Below, piece by piece: positions 1 to 9,578 of a stretch of DNA of 13,780 nucleotides. The DNA is from Selaginella moellendorffii. Lineage: Eukaryota; Plantae; Lycopodiophyta. Both the position numbers and the translations under genes were made by a program. The stretch is from the NCBI RefSeq assembly GCF_000143415.4, contig NW_003314545.1:1-13780 (forward strand), written 5' to 3'. Each line of letters opens with the position of its first letter. Positions within the stretch are counted from its first letter, which is position 1. A model generated the notes under the pieces. The model had not been told where the DNA came from. It saw only the letters and a list, made by a program, of their open reading frames with translations, and ran no database searches.

Positions 1-61
1 TGGCTGTTAAAACTGTCTTGCTTTCAAGAAGAATCGGCATTTAGCAATTTAAACTGCCTGC

Positions 62-382
62 GAATGGTGACCAAAGTCACGCAGTTGATCACTTAGCCCT
101 CTTGTTTCATGTGCTGAAAGATCTCTAGAGCAGGATGGAAATGCAGGCTTCGAGTAAACATTGAGGATAGAGGACCACACCGGCAGTCATCTTGTCGAGC
201 AAACTCCTTGCTTCCCTCAATCTCCTGGAACCTGAGGTAAATTTCCAAGCGCGCCTGGCAGATCGATGCATTGCTGGAGTAGCACAAGCACTAAAGGAGG
301 CGCTGGCAATGGAGAGCCTACCATGCTCAATGAGATCCACTGATTGCTTGAGTACTGCTGCTGAGGATCTGGCTGCAAGAGG
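62..382 (-). pseudogene. Degenerate PLS-class pentatricopeptide repeat (PPR) gene fragment
   Basis: The minus strand reads AAVLKQSVDLIEHG...SFSAC...GSRRLREARSLLDKMT. After a frameshift it reads ALEIFQHMKQEG*VINCVTLVTI. These match the plant PPR motifs GxLxEARxLFDxM and ALxLFxxMxxEGxxPNxVT. It has an in-frame TAA at 93-95 and a frameshift. Confidence 0.75.
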
Positions 383-790
383 TGTTGGAGCATAATGGAG
401 TCCACCACCTCCAGTTACCTTCAGTTCATACTCAGAGTTAGCTCATGCAGTAACTAGCAATTAGCTATAGTATTTAAAACAGGTTTTTTTACCAGATCTA
501 TATCTTGTTAGGCAGAGATAAGCCATTCTTTCTCTTTTTCTTCATGGTATCAGAAGTTTAGATTCAATCATAACTTATTCTCCTACTGAAGTAATTCTCA
601 TGCCATATAATGGCATTGATTTCTATGAGTGGCAAGTTACAATACAGCTGTATCTTATAGAGAAGAACACATAGAGTGCAGTTGACACATTACTCAAGCT
701 AACTTCTAATACATCTCTTATTAATGAATGGAAGTAGTAAAATTGCAAAGCACTAGGAATTATTAAATGCATAGTTGGCATTATGATGGG
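383..790 (+). mobile_element. Ty1/Copia LTR retrotransposon 5' remnant (LTR ~383-544, PBS 545-554, degenerate gag N-terminus ~600-790)
   Basis: TGTTGG at 383 to TTCA at 544 is followed directly by TGGTATCAGA, a tRNA-iMet primer binding site. The frame from 600 reads MPYNGIDFYEWQVTIQLYLIEKNT*SAVD...EWK**NCKALGIIKCIV, matching the Copia gag N-terminus (FNGxNFxxW...LWxxV...WxxxNxKALGxI). The 5' LTR boundary is inferred and no second LTR is seen. Confidence 0.75.
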
Positions 791-2651
791 AAAGATTTTT
801 AGTAGGAAATGCCATATTCAAAGTTGAGGTGTACAATAAGATATGTATATATAAAATTATCCCTCCTATACCTCTACTATTACTACTTTACACTTTTTCT
901 CTATAACCTGTCAAAGTCAAAAACAAGTAAAACTAAATCCCTTTACAACTACTTTTTCCTTTCTTATATTTGTTCTATTACCTATCCATCCTACTCTATT
1001 CTATTTTTACTAAATGATTTGTTATATAATTCCCACATTTAAGCATACTCTCTAAATATCTACCACCATTCAAAAGTATTTTCTTGTGTAACATATACAT
1101 TAAAAAATGGTCATCTAAATTTGCCACCTTTTTTACACTAATATTTTATGATATCAACAAAAAAATATAAAATATAATTCAAGGACTATATAAGAAAGAG
1201 CCTCTCATGACACAAAACATTAGAATATAAAGTGTAAAGTGATTCTAGTTTAAGTTTTTTCTTCTAGTTTTGCAATGTTCTTTATTTGAATCTTTTTTTT
1301 TTTTTAAATATTAAAATTAAGAGTTAGTGGAAATCCCTCTCTTTTGTCATTCTCTCAAGGTACAAAGTATGTAGAGATGGTGTGTTATTAGCCACTAGCT
1401 TTGGTCATAAGAAAGGTTGAAAAATTAGTGAGATTTTCATCGATTACTTCATTAAAAGATTTACTTTTAATCATATCGCTACTTTATAAAGTCCCTTCAA
1501 ACAAGCACATGGCAAAAATTTCCATAAGTGAACAATGCATAGTGATGAGTATAAATCATTCTTGAGCTACAAACTGAAGAGTTGAGCTCAATTGTAGTAT
1601 AATACAAATATTATATTTCCAAAAAACTAAAGTTCATAACAAGCTCACTTTATATGTTTTAGAGGACACCACTTATCCAAGAATTTAAATACTTACTATG
1701 TGCCATAATAGGAAGGTTCATTAGAACATAAAATAAGATAAGATTTGTTTGTAAAAAAGTAATCTTATCACTTCTTTAAATATGTACTTTGAGCTTTCTA
1801 GCATTTAAATGTCAAGTTTGTTAGAATTTAAATAAATATTAAATTTGAAATAAAATTATTTTGCAAAACCATGTAAATATTTCAATAGGAAAAAATAACC
1901 ATTAATATAAGTTTTTTGCATATAAAAAAGAGACTTAATTCTTCTCTAGAATATATTCTTGAGGGGTTTGTCATAGTATAGTGTCTATAATTTATAAATC
2001 TTCACTTGCACTTTGAAGTACACACAAATGTCTGTGGGTTTTAGTATTAATAATTTTAACTTTTGCAATCTATTTTCATGGTAGTAATTCAAAGGCTAGA
2101 AGCTGCAATATCCATCCCATTGCACAACACAACCAAAATATACAAGAGATAGAAAAAAAGGATAATAAAGATAGTGATAAAAAGTTGGCGATAAATGTAA
2201 TAATAAAGAGTGTAGCAAAATAGGTGTAGAAAATTACCCTCCTACTTGTTTTAGAAAATTACAGTTTCATGACTTTCAAGAAATATCTTATGTGTTTTTT
2301 GGCTTCTGGTGGAAATAAAGGTGACAATCAGTATGATAGTATATATGCTCTTGTGCCACACTGTAATATCACGTCTTCAAAAGACTACTATGACATAATT
2401 TTTCTGGTGGTAAAGATAGAAATAAAGACACATAAGTATTCTGGCTAGTATTGTGAAAACGAATATTGGGAAATATATTCTTTAATTAATCATATAACTT
2501 TTAATATATTTATATTATTGATAGGGAATAAACAATAATAGTCTTAGCAAACCTAATTAGCTTCAAAAGTCTTTTGCAATTCAGTAATAGTAGAGTTTGC
2601 CTAAAGAATCTCACACTTAAGTGTTTAAGATAAGCTCATTTTACCTTAATT

Positions 2652-3586
2652 CTATTTAGAGATGGCATTAATAAATTTAACTACCTTATATTTTTTTGCT
2701 GCCCTCCTATGCATCTTTGTGGGAACAATGTCAATTCTGTTGCTCATATCTCTAACTCTCCTTTTCTCAAGATTAAAATAAAATTTCTCAAGGTTTTCAA
2801 TCTCAAGGATGACCTCATTAGCAATTGGCCATTTTTTAGATACTGTATCAAGTTTCATCATTATAATGTCTTCAACCTATTTTGTATAGTTAGCATCAGT
2901 GTTGTAGCAATATAATTAACACCATCTTGAAAATTTTGATTGCTTTCATTCCCCATGCAAATACGAGACTAAAATAAAACCACCATAGATCCAGGCTCAA
3001 CACCCCCTCTAAAGCATCTTCATACACTTTTTATTGGATTTTGCTAGCATCTGGTGGATTACCCATTACATTAACTTTATGCTATAGTAAGCAATTTCAA
3101 CATATTGTGATATACTCTTTTGAAGTAACTTAGTCTAAGGATGGTGTTTTGGAGTAAAATAACACTTAACATCAAATTTATAAGAGCTTTTTGCTCAAAA
3201 TATTATACTAACATTTTCACTAGCAAAGGTAAAGTGACACTTTGAATGGATAATCTTTATATCACCGATAGTAAGTTGGGGAATGTACTTTATAGATGTG
3301 TTACAGACCACTTCCTTAATTGTAGTTGCCACTATTCGAGTTGGTGGAATTATTTTTCTCTTCATTGATCATGTAACATTTCCATAGAAGGCCCTATTCC
3401 CATGTATCTTCTTTCCTCAAATACTAAAGTTTTTGAAAATTGCTTTATAACTCATATCAAATATAATAAAGATACTTCATAGAGACTTATCTTCCTTTTC
3501 CCTACCTCAAAAAAATGCTAGCTCCAGTGCTTACTCTTGGAAAGATTCATAGTTGGAATATATATAATGTCTTCAAGTGGTTGGTT
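2652..3586 (-). mobile_element. Highly degenerate coding relic, possibly a DNA-transposon (MULE-like) transposase C-terminal region
   Basis: A frame with scattered stops from ~3586 reads IPTMNLSKSKHWS*...ISLYEVSLLYLI*...RYMGIGPSMEML. It resembles, from memory, PTxNLxExxHxSW...SLYEA...GxGPS segments of transposase-like proteins in non-seed plants. Coding-like sequence continues toward the 2652-2861 ORF. The family call is tentative. Confidence 0.3.
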
Positions 3587-3705
3587 CTATAAAAAAGATG
3601 ATATTAAAAGGCAATAAAAAAAGAAGACAAAAAGAAATCAACCCTCGCCCCCCTTTGTGGGACAATTGCTTTGGGCATTCACCCTATAACTTGTATTGGT
3701 ATTCG

Positions 3706-3777
3706 AACTTAGTCTTAGACTCGGTCTCGGACTTGGTCTTGGACTCGATCTCAGATTCAACTTCAGACTTGGTCTTA
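3706..3777. repeat. Tandem repeat, 6 x 12 bp (consensus GACTYGGTCTYR)
   Basis: Units: aacttagtctta / gactcggtctcg / gacttggtcttg / gactcgatctca / gattcaacttca / gacttggtctta. Confidence 0.85.
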
Positions 3778-4396
3778 ATTTATAATTAAATAATTAATAT
3801 AATACTTAAGGCTATGTTTTACTTGAAAAGAGTTTTAATACTTATTTTATGATAGGAAATGTTTTTTATCCTTCTCATCTTGCAAGTCCAGAAATAGTCA
3901 TTAATTATTCTGGGAGTGATAGATCTTTAATGTTAGTTAAGAGGTGAGAATTTTAAAAAAAGTAACTCTCAAGGATAAAGAGCAATTTACATGGTTGCCT
4001 AGTGATACTGTAATATGTAGTACATTATATTGGTGCAATGTGTTGGAATGAAAAAAAATGGCAAGTTCTGAAATACATGATTATGGAATATTCTGGTATG
4101 TTAATGATTCCTTACTTGCAATATAGACTGAAAATAGCATATTGGGTGTAAAAGAAAAATGTTAAGAAGTTTTCTTTTTATCAAAAGACAAACATACTAG
4201 TATATATTGATCTCTATTTTGATTATAGAAAAATAAATTAATATTCTGATAAGAAGTTTATAAGGTTAATTCAATAGCTATATAAAGAGGTGAGAGGTTT
4301 ATAGGATAATTTGTTTTTAAAATTCATTTTCAAGAGCTATACTTCTATATGAACATGTAATTAAAATCATTATTAATTTCTCATTTTATTTCTTAA

Positions 4397-4575
4397 TATA
4401 AAGTTTGTAAATACATGTATGTATATACATGTATTACCTTGCCTAAGTCATACACTAATTATAATACTAAAGCATATGAACCATCCATTTGAGATTTAAT
4501 CTGGTCCATCCATTAGTGTATATAAGTAGGGGTGTGAACCCCAATTAATATACTTATTCCTATATCTTGAGCACA
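4397..4575 (+). repeat. 5' LTR
   Basis: tataaagtttgtaaatacat...cattagtgtatataag...tatatcttgagcaca is colinear with 6688-6874. The terminal TG appears as TA. Confidence 0.85.
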
Positions 4576-5896
4576 ATTTATCCCTAAAGGGCAAAACCTT
4601 TTGGTAGTGCTTTACTTTAGTGTTTGGGATTGTGTTTTTTTGTTCTTATTTTGTCATTCTCTTTTAGATTTAGATTTGTATTAGCTTTTTGCAAAATCTA
4701 GAATTTTAGCTATTATTGTGCTTAGATCTGCTCTTTTTTCTAATCTTCATTGCATTCTTTTCTTCTACCATACCACACTGTTATCAATCAAAGAGTATAT
4801 CACTTAAGGCTGCTAATGCTACTTCATTGAATCAAACTTTTGGTGTTGTAAGGTATAATCATATTGGTGTTACACCCATCCTTGGTGTGTTGCCATCTCT
4901 AGTTTTTTTAGGACATGATTACACAGCTTGTTCTATTCTTAGTGTTCTGCAATCTCCCATTGATGTGGAGTGTGATTATGATATTGATTGGTGAGCTATG
5001 AATAATGCAATCCAATTCTTGAAGAATGTTTGAGGATTAAGTTTATGGGAAGACAATGTGTACGAGCTCAAATGGATTCCAAAGTGTGATGATAAGTTTG
5101 ATTATTATGAAGATAGCTTTAGAGATGAAATGGAGATTTTATGAGGTAGATGTCAATCTTTCAATCTGCTATTTAATCCTTTCTCTTTCCCTTCTGCTCT
5201 TTCCCAATGTTTTCTTATTTCTCGGTTTGAGCCATCTTCTCATATTCCTAGTATTTCTTCATCAGTGTTTTCTTCTCCTGACACGTCAATCATTTGTGAC
5301 TCTCATGATTCTCATTCTCAGTCTAGTGTTGAGTTGAGTGTTTTCTATCCTCTTTATACTAATTTAGACATTGAGTGTATCCATGAAGTTGAGAATTTTA
5401 CTTTTGTTTCATTGGCAAAATCTTTGATTAGTTCTAGTGTTAAGTATTCCCCTGTCCCAAAGGTTGAGTCACTTTGGCCAGAGTTTTGGGTTAAATGCAT
5501 GTCCCCACTTATGAGTGCCACTAAAAGCTTTTGCTTTATCATTGTTGCTGAGGAATTTATGTATTCCCTTAAGTGCGTGGGTGTTATTATTGATTTTTCT
5601 GTCTTAAGTGTTAAATTGTATATTGAGGAGGTTGAGCAATGTGAATCTTTTGCTTATATTGTGGTGGCCAAAGTATTTTTCCAATATTTGAGCATATGTC
5701 CTTTTTTTGATTTCCCCATTTTTGCATTTTTAGTTACTACAAATTCTCTCTTGATACCTCTTTATCCACTTTTTCTTCTTTTACAATTATTTTTCCTCAA
5801 TTTTTCTTGTTTTCTTCTTTCTACCTCGACACTTCAAACTTTTTTTTCTTTGAAGAAGGGGGTAGAGGGGACGAACGAGAGTCCAACTCCGGCAAT

Positions 5897-6190
5897 GGAG
5901 TGAGGACAAGTGAATACAGTAGTGGAGTGAGGACGAATGACATAGATTGTAGAGTGAGGACAAGCATAACAAGTCTGAACGGAACATTCGGCCCTGACGA
6001 TGGAATGAAGACAAATGAACACAATAGTGGAGTGAGGACAAACAACATAGATTGTGGAGTGAGGACAAGCATAGCAAGTCTAAATAGAACATTTGGCCCC
6101 AACATAATGAGGACAAATGGATGCAATAGTGGAGTGAGGTTGAACATAGATAGCGAAGTGAAGACGAGCACAGTGAGTCCGAATGGAGTC
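5897..6190. repeat. Higher-order tandem repeat (~105 bp = 27+27+30+21 bp subunits, ~2.8 copies) inside the LTR element
   Basis: The core GGAGTGAGGACAA recurs. Units start at 5897, 6002 and ~6104, and the block is GC-richer than its flanks. Confidence 0.9.
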
Positions 6191-6687
6191 AGTGCTTCAA
6201 AATTTTTTTCCTTCGAAAAGGGGATATAAAGGATATAGAGGACAAACAAAATGAGTCTAACCCCCCATATGCAATGCTAAACAAAGATGATGGTTCTACT
6301 TATGGTCTTAAATTCGAGTTAATGGTTGTCTTAGAGGATCGTTGACATGCAAATTTAGAGATGGGATGTATCATTTGTTACAATGGTGTTCTATAAACTA
6401 TAATAGCTCTTAAAATCCCTTTCTTTGGTTCAAAATATGGTTGTGTAGTTGGTTTGAGCATTTTAGAGCTGTATCTGGAGTTGCAACTCGTTTATCAGGA
6501 TTCTGTAGTTGGTTGATATTTATGCTATGGCTTTGGGTTTTATTTCAATCATAGTTATTAGCAACTTTATTAGTGATTTTGTGGGAGCTTTAGATTTTTG
6601 TGGTAATTTATAATCACCTAGCAGAAACTCTAGATGTTCCACCTGACTTATTTTCATCATTTTTTCATCTTCCAGAGGGAAGGATAG

Positions 6688-6874
6688 TGTAAAGTTTGTA
6701 GATACATATATGTATATATATATATGTATTACCTTGCTTAAGTAATACACTAATTATAGTACTAAAGCATATGGACCATCAATTTGGGATTGAATCTAGT
6801 CCATCCATTAGTGTATATAAGCAAGGGTCTAAACCCCAATTAATATACCTATTCCTATATCCTAAGCACTCACA
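6688..6874 (+). repeat. 3' LTR
   Basis: tgtaaagtttgtagatacat...cattagtgtatataag...cctaagcactcaca directly follows the PPT and contains a TATA-like TATATAAG. Confidence 0.85.
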
Positions 6875-7235
6875 TTAAAATATTTATTTTACTTTATTTG
6901 GACATAATACACTAAAAACATAAAGAGATTGAATCATTAATAAAGATTTCAGAATTACATTATAACACATTATATTGTAATTATGAAACATTTTTCAAAA
7001 TGACAAAATTCTAGATATACTCTAGCCACTATGAATTTTCTTTTTAATTTTTTAATTTTTTATTTCTTATCAAAATACAAAAAATTAAGATGATTAGAAT
7101 ATTAAAATTAAGGTTAATTTTTATTAAAATATTTAAAAGAGAATAAACTTTTTGTAAAAGCCAAATATGTTGGATATATTGTCGTATTTAAAATCTTCAT
7201 TTAAATTTGTAATTATGAATACTTATACCAAAATT

Positions 7236-7685
7236 ATGAAAATATTTTATGTTTTTATTATATGGAATTTTCTTATAACATTCATTGACTGCTTTATTCA
7301 AACTGATAATGTAAGCTAATGTCTGAATTTTTTCTTTGTTAATTCCTTCTTACTCATTTAGTGCTATGGATTACTATATCATTGCCCAGATGTTCAATTG
7401 CTTGGAGATAGTGTTTTACAAGCAAATTGTCCAAATGATGTGGAATTAGATTTAGAATACTATTTAACAAATGTAAATGGAAACATTCAAGCTATTACCG
7501 TGGGATCACATGATAATGGTTATTTTACACATTCATGTCAAGGTACAATACTTGAAGGATCCATTTTAAAAACAAAATGTGCTTCAGTAGCTTCTTATCT
7601 TCATTACACAGCTATTGACTTGAACTTATGGATTTCTTATCAAAATAACAAGTTAGTGTTTTGTAATCAAAATAGAGATCAGTAA
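7236..7685 (+). CDS. Secreted cyanovirin-N homolog (CVNH-domain lectin), CVNH-A1; 2 exons 7236-7310 + 7362-7685, 132 aa, apparently intact
   Basis: Exon 1 MKIFYVFIIWNFLITFIDCFIQTDN is signal-peptide-like, with an alternative in-frame ATG at 7215. A 51 bp phase-0 intron runs GTAAGC...TTTAG (7311-7361). Exon 2 is CYGLLYHCPDVQLLGDSVLQANCPNDVELDLEYYLTNVNGNIQ...GYFTHSCQGTILEGSILKTKC...IDLNLWISYQNNKLVFCNQNRDQ*. It shows the two CV-N repeats (FxxSC...LxGSxLxxxC...IDLxxxIxNxxGxL). Confidence 0.88.
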
Positions 7686-7713
7686 AAATTTTATTCCTGA
7701 GGAGTAAAAAGTA

Positions 7714-7977
7714 TTTATATTAATAAACACAACTGATTGCGTGCTCCTTTTATCACACTTTTATGACACCCATGTTGTTCCGATGCACACCACAAAAATG
7801 TACTACATATCTTCAGCGGCCATTCAAAATCCTCTTTATCTTGAGGATCACTTTCTTAAGCTCTTGTTGTTTCAATGTCACTTCCAGAATAAATAGTGGC
7901 TAATGCATTGCTTCATTTTCAAAGACAAGAATAGAAAACATTGCCCAAGATGCTAAAAGAACCAAAACTCTTGCCAT
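7714..7977 (-). pseudogene. S-protein homolog (SPH / self-incompatibility S1-like) pseudogene, copy 1
   Basis: ATG at 7977 gives MARVLVLLASWAMFSILVFENEAMH*. Shifted frames give YSGSDIE, LKKVIL and DKEDFEWPLKICSTFLWC. It is colinear with 12674-12892, but the LHC segment is deleted. The 3' boundary is approximate. Confidence 0.65.
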
Positions 7978-8105
7978 AAAGATAATTTCTAAAGTTTGTT
8001 TTCTTTGATAATCATAGTTGTTTGGATTGTAGCAACATCATTTAATAAAAGGTGGTCTTTCCGCCAGCTTCAAACTTTCATGCTTATTTTATGCCTTCGC
8101 ATCAA

Positions 8106-8676
8106 ATGGCGTTCATAGCAATGCTACTGCTGCTCCTCCTTTCACAAGTTCATCAAAGCATATGTTAAGGAACACAAGTTTAAAGAGTTCTTTGTTTGCC
8201 ATTCAATCATTTGTGCTGCGGTGCCTTTTTTAACAGCTACAAGGACCATAGATACTTTCCCGATACCGACATATTGGAAGCCGACTTCTCTGGCACAGCA
8301 CGACACTGCTCGCTCACAAATATGTAAGGAAACACTTATAATTTTGCTCGAAAATGTGATTGTTCTTTGTTTGCCATTCAATCAGTTGTGCTGAAAGCTG
8401 CAAGGATCCCAAATACCATCTTAATACCGACGTACTCGAAGTCAACTTCTCTGGAGAGTATTCAGCACGGACACGGACACTGCTCGATAACACACTCACA
8501 AATCTCAATGGCAGCCTGGCTTACGGCAGAGAAGGCGGTTTTTGGGACACTTGCAGCGAAATTGTTCTTGTTGGTTCGAATCTGGACGCTACCTGAGGCG
8601 CAGATGGTAACTGGCCAGCATAGAACAAAGCAACGACCATGGAAACTTCGTCATTTGCAGCCGCTACGGCCTCTAG
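8106..8676 (+). pseudogene. CVNH-B1 pseudogene (secreted cyanovirin-N homolog) with internal duplication
   Basis: Exon 1 (8106-8159) is MAFIAMLLLLLLSQVHQS. The intron donor reads AT (8160) and the acceptor reads AT (8209-8210). A partial exon LCCGAFFNSYKD...ILEADFSG follows. A second intron+exon copy from ~8320 gives SCKDPKY...TLTNLNGSLAYGREGGFWDTCSEIVLVGSNLDAT* and, in a shifted frame, SNDHGNFVICSRYGL*. Confidence 0.82.
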
Positions 8677-9262
8677 TAAATTGAGAGAAGCACCAAAATC
8701 AGAAAGAATAAAATCAAAAAGGATTTATACATTTCAAGCTTAAAGATAACGATCCGCTGCTAAAGTTTGACGAGCTTACTCTTGTAAGTCGTCCATATGG
8801 TCCTTGAATCCAATAACTAAAAACAAGCTTAAGCCACGGTCCAGAGAGATGGAAAAAGAAAACTGACGAGTACCTTTTTAGCTTTTGCAAAGATAGCTCC
8901 AGAGCATGGCATTTCGTGAGATCGTGACGAGAAACGTTAGGTAGATCTCTCGCTCCCAGTGTCTGAAGAATCTGACAGCCCAAAGTATCGGAGATGTAAA
9001 TACACTAAAAAACAGCGAGTTTTGATCTGGAAAGTACGGAAGTATGTAAGATAACTAAAAACATGCAATAACCAGACAGTTAACCTCTCTACTTAATGGC
9101 AGATGCTGTCACGGCTTGAAACTACAGCCGTGTTTCCTGCTCTGAAAGCCACTCAAAAGAAAACTAGATCCCAAACTCACCAGTGAAAGCTTAATCGTGG
9201 CTTGAGTAGTGCGCTTTAGACTTTGGTCTTTTTGGTTGGCTGTTGTCTTCTTTCACCTAATT

Positions 9263-9505
9263 TATCCGCTCAAAAGCGTTGTACTTTGTGCACATGTTCA
9301 CAAGAGAAATACCAATGTCAAGAACTTCGTGGTATATAGCCACTTTCAACAAAACACCAAGTCATAGAAAACTCTGGCAGTAGTAGGTAAGAATGGTTTT
9401 GCTTGATGAAGGATCTCTAGAGCATGCTGGAATGCTGCTTTGGTAGTAAATTCAGTTTCACACTGCTAGGTCCCTGGCAGTCATCTTGTTGAACATACTC
9501 CACTA
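9263..9505 (-). pseudogene. Degenerate PPR gene fragment, paralog of the 62-382 remnant
   Basis: Frameshifted pieces read SMFNKMTARDLAV*N, HALEILHQ, VESGY and DIGISLVNMCTKYNAFERI, matching the PPR motifs FDxMxxRDxxxWN and IGxSLVNMYxKCG. It shares GATCTCTAGAGCA and GGCAGTCATCTTGT with 120-195. Confidence 0.75.
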
Positions 9506-9578
9506 GCAGTCTGAGAATATTTATTCTTTATATTTATATTTTATATTTATTTATTATCATTATATAGATATTTATATA

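Larger units (their letters stand above)
4397..6874 (+). mobile_element. Non-autonomous/degenerate LTR retroelement (~2.5 kb, ~180 bp LTRs)
   Basis: Direct terminal repeats lie at 4397-4575 and 6688-6874. The 3' LTR runs TG...CA and is preceded by the polypurine tract AGAGGGAAGGATAG (6674-6687). TTAA flanks both sides (4393-4396, 6875-6878), which is a possible TSD but could be chance in AT-rich DNA. There is no intact gag/pol and no clear PBS. Confidence 0.85.
7236..8909 (+). repeat. Segmental duplication unit, copy 1 (CVNH-A/SPH/CVNH-B/spacer)
   Basis: It is colinear with 12099-13780, including non-coding DNA: ATTGAGAGAAGCACCAAAATCAGAAAGAATAA, AACGATCCGCTGCT, AAACAAGCTTAAGCCAC and TAGCTCCAGAGCATG. 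Confidence 0.9.

Noticed and set aside
192-395. Plus-strand 67 aa ORF
   Set aside because: It is the antisense shadow of the PPR relic.
800-2420. Possible decayed DNA transposon ending in TTTTCTGGTGGTA (~2399-2412), including ORF 809-1042
   Set aside because: The terminus is an imperfect CACTA match with no partner TIR or coding motif. The ORF is low-complexity.
3985-4155. Possible Ulp1-like protease relic (WLPSDTVI; MLMIP...YWV)
   Set aside because: Only a few residues in different frames; the catalytic His/Asp/Cys pattern is not seen.
4716-4994. Possible retroviral-type aspartic protease relic (ISLKAANATS...GVV)
   Set aside because: No catalytic D[ST]G motif is visible, and the similarity is too weak to call.
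5265-5903. 212 aa ORF as a host gene
   Set aside because: It lies inside the LTR element, uses a non-ATG start, has a low-complexity T-rich tail and shows no recognisable domain.
5897-6190. CRISPR-like array (recurring GGAGTGAGGACAA with variable intervals)
   Set aside because: The intervening sequences are short and themselves repeat with ~105 bp periodicity. The context is a eukaryotic LTR element with no cas genes.
8700-9240. Moderate-GC spacer with short ORFs (8714-8983 minus; 13536-13727 plus in copy 2)
   Set aside because: The reading frame is not conserved between the duplicates and no motif was recognised. It may be another gene relic, but I cannot support that.
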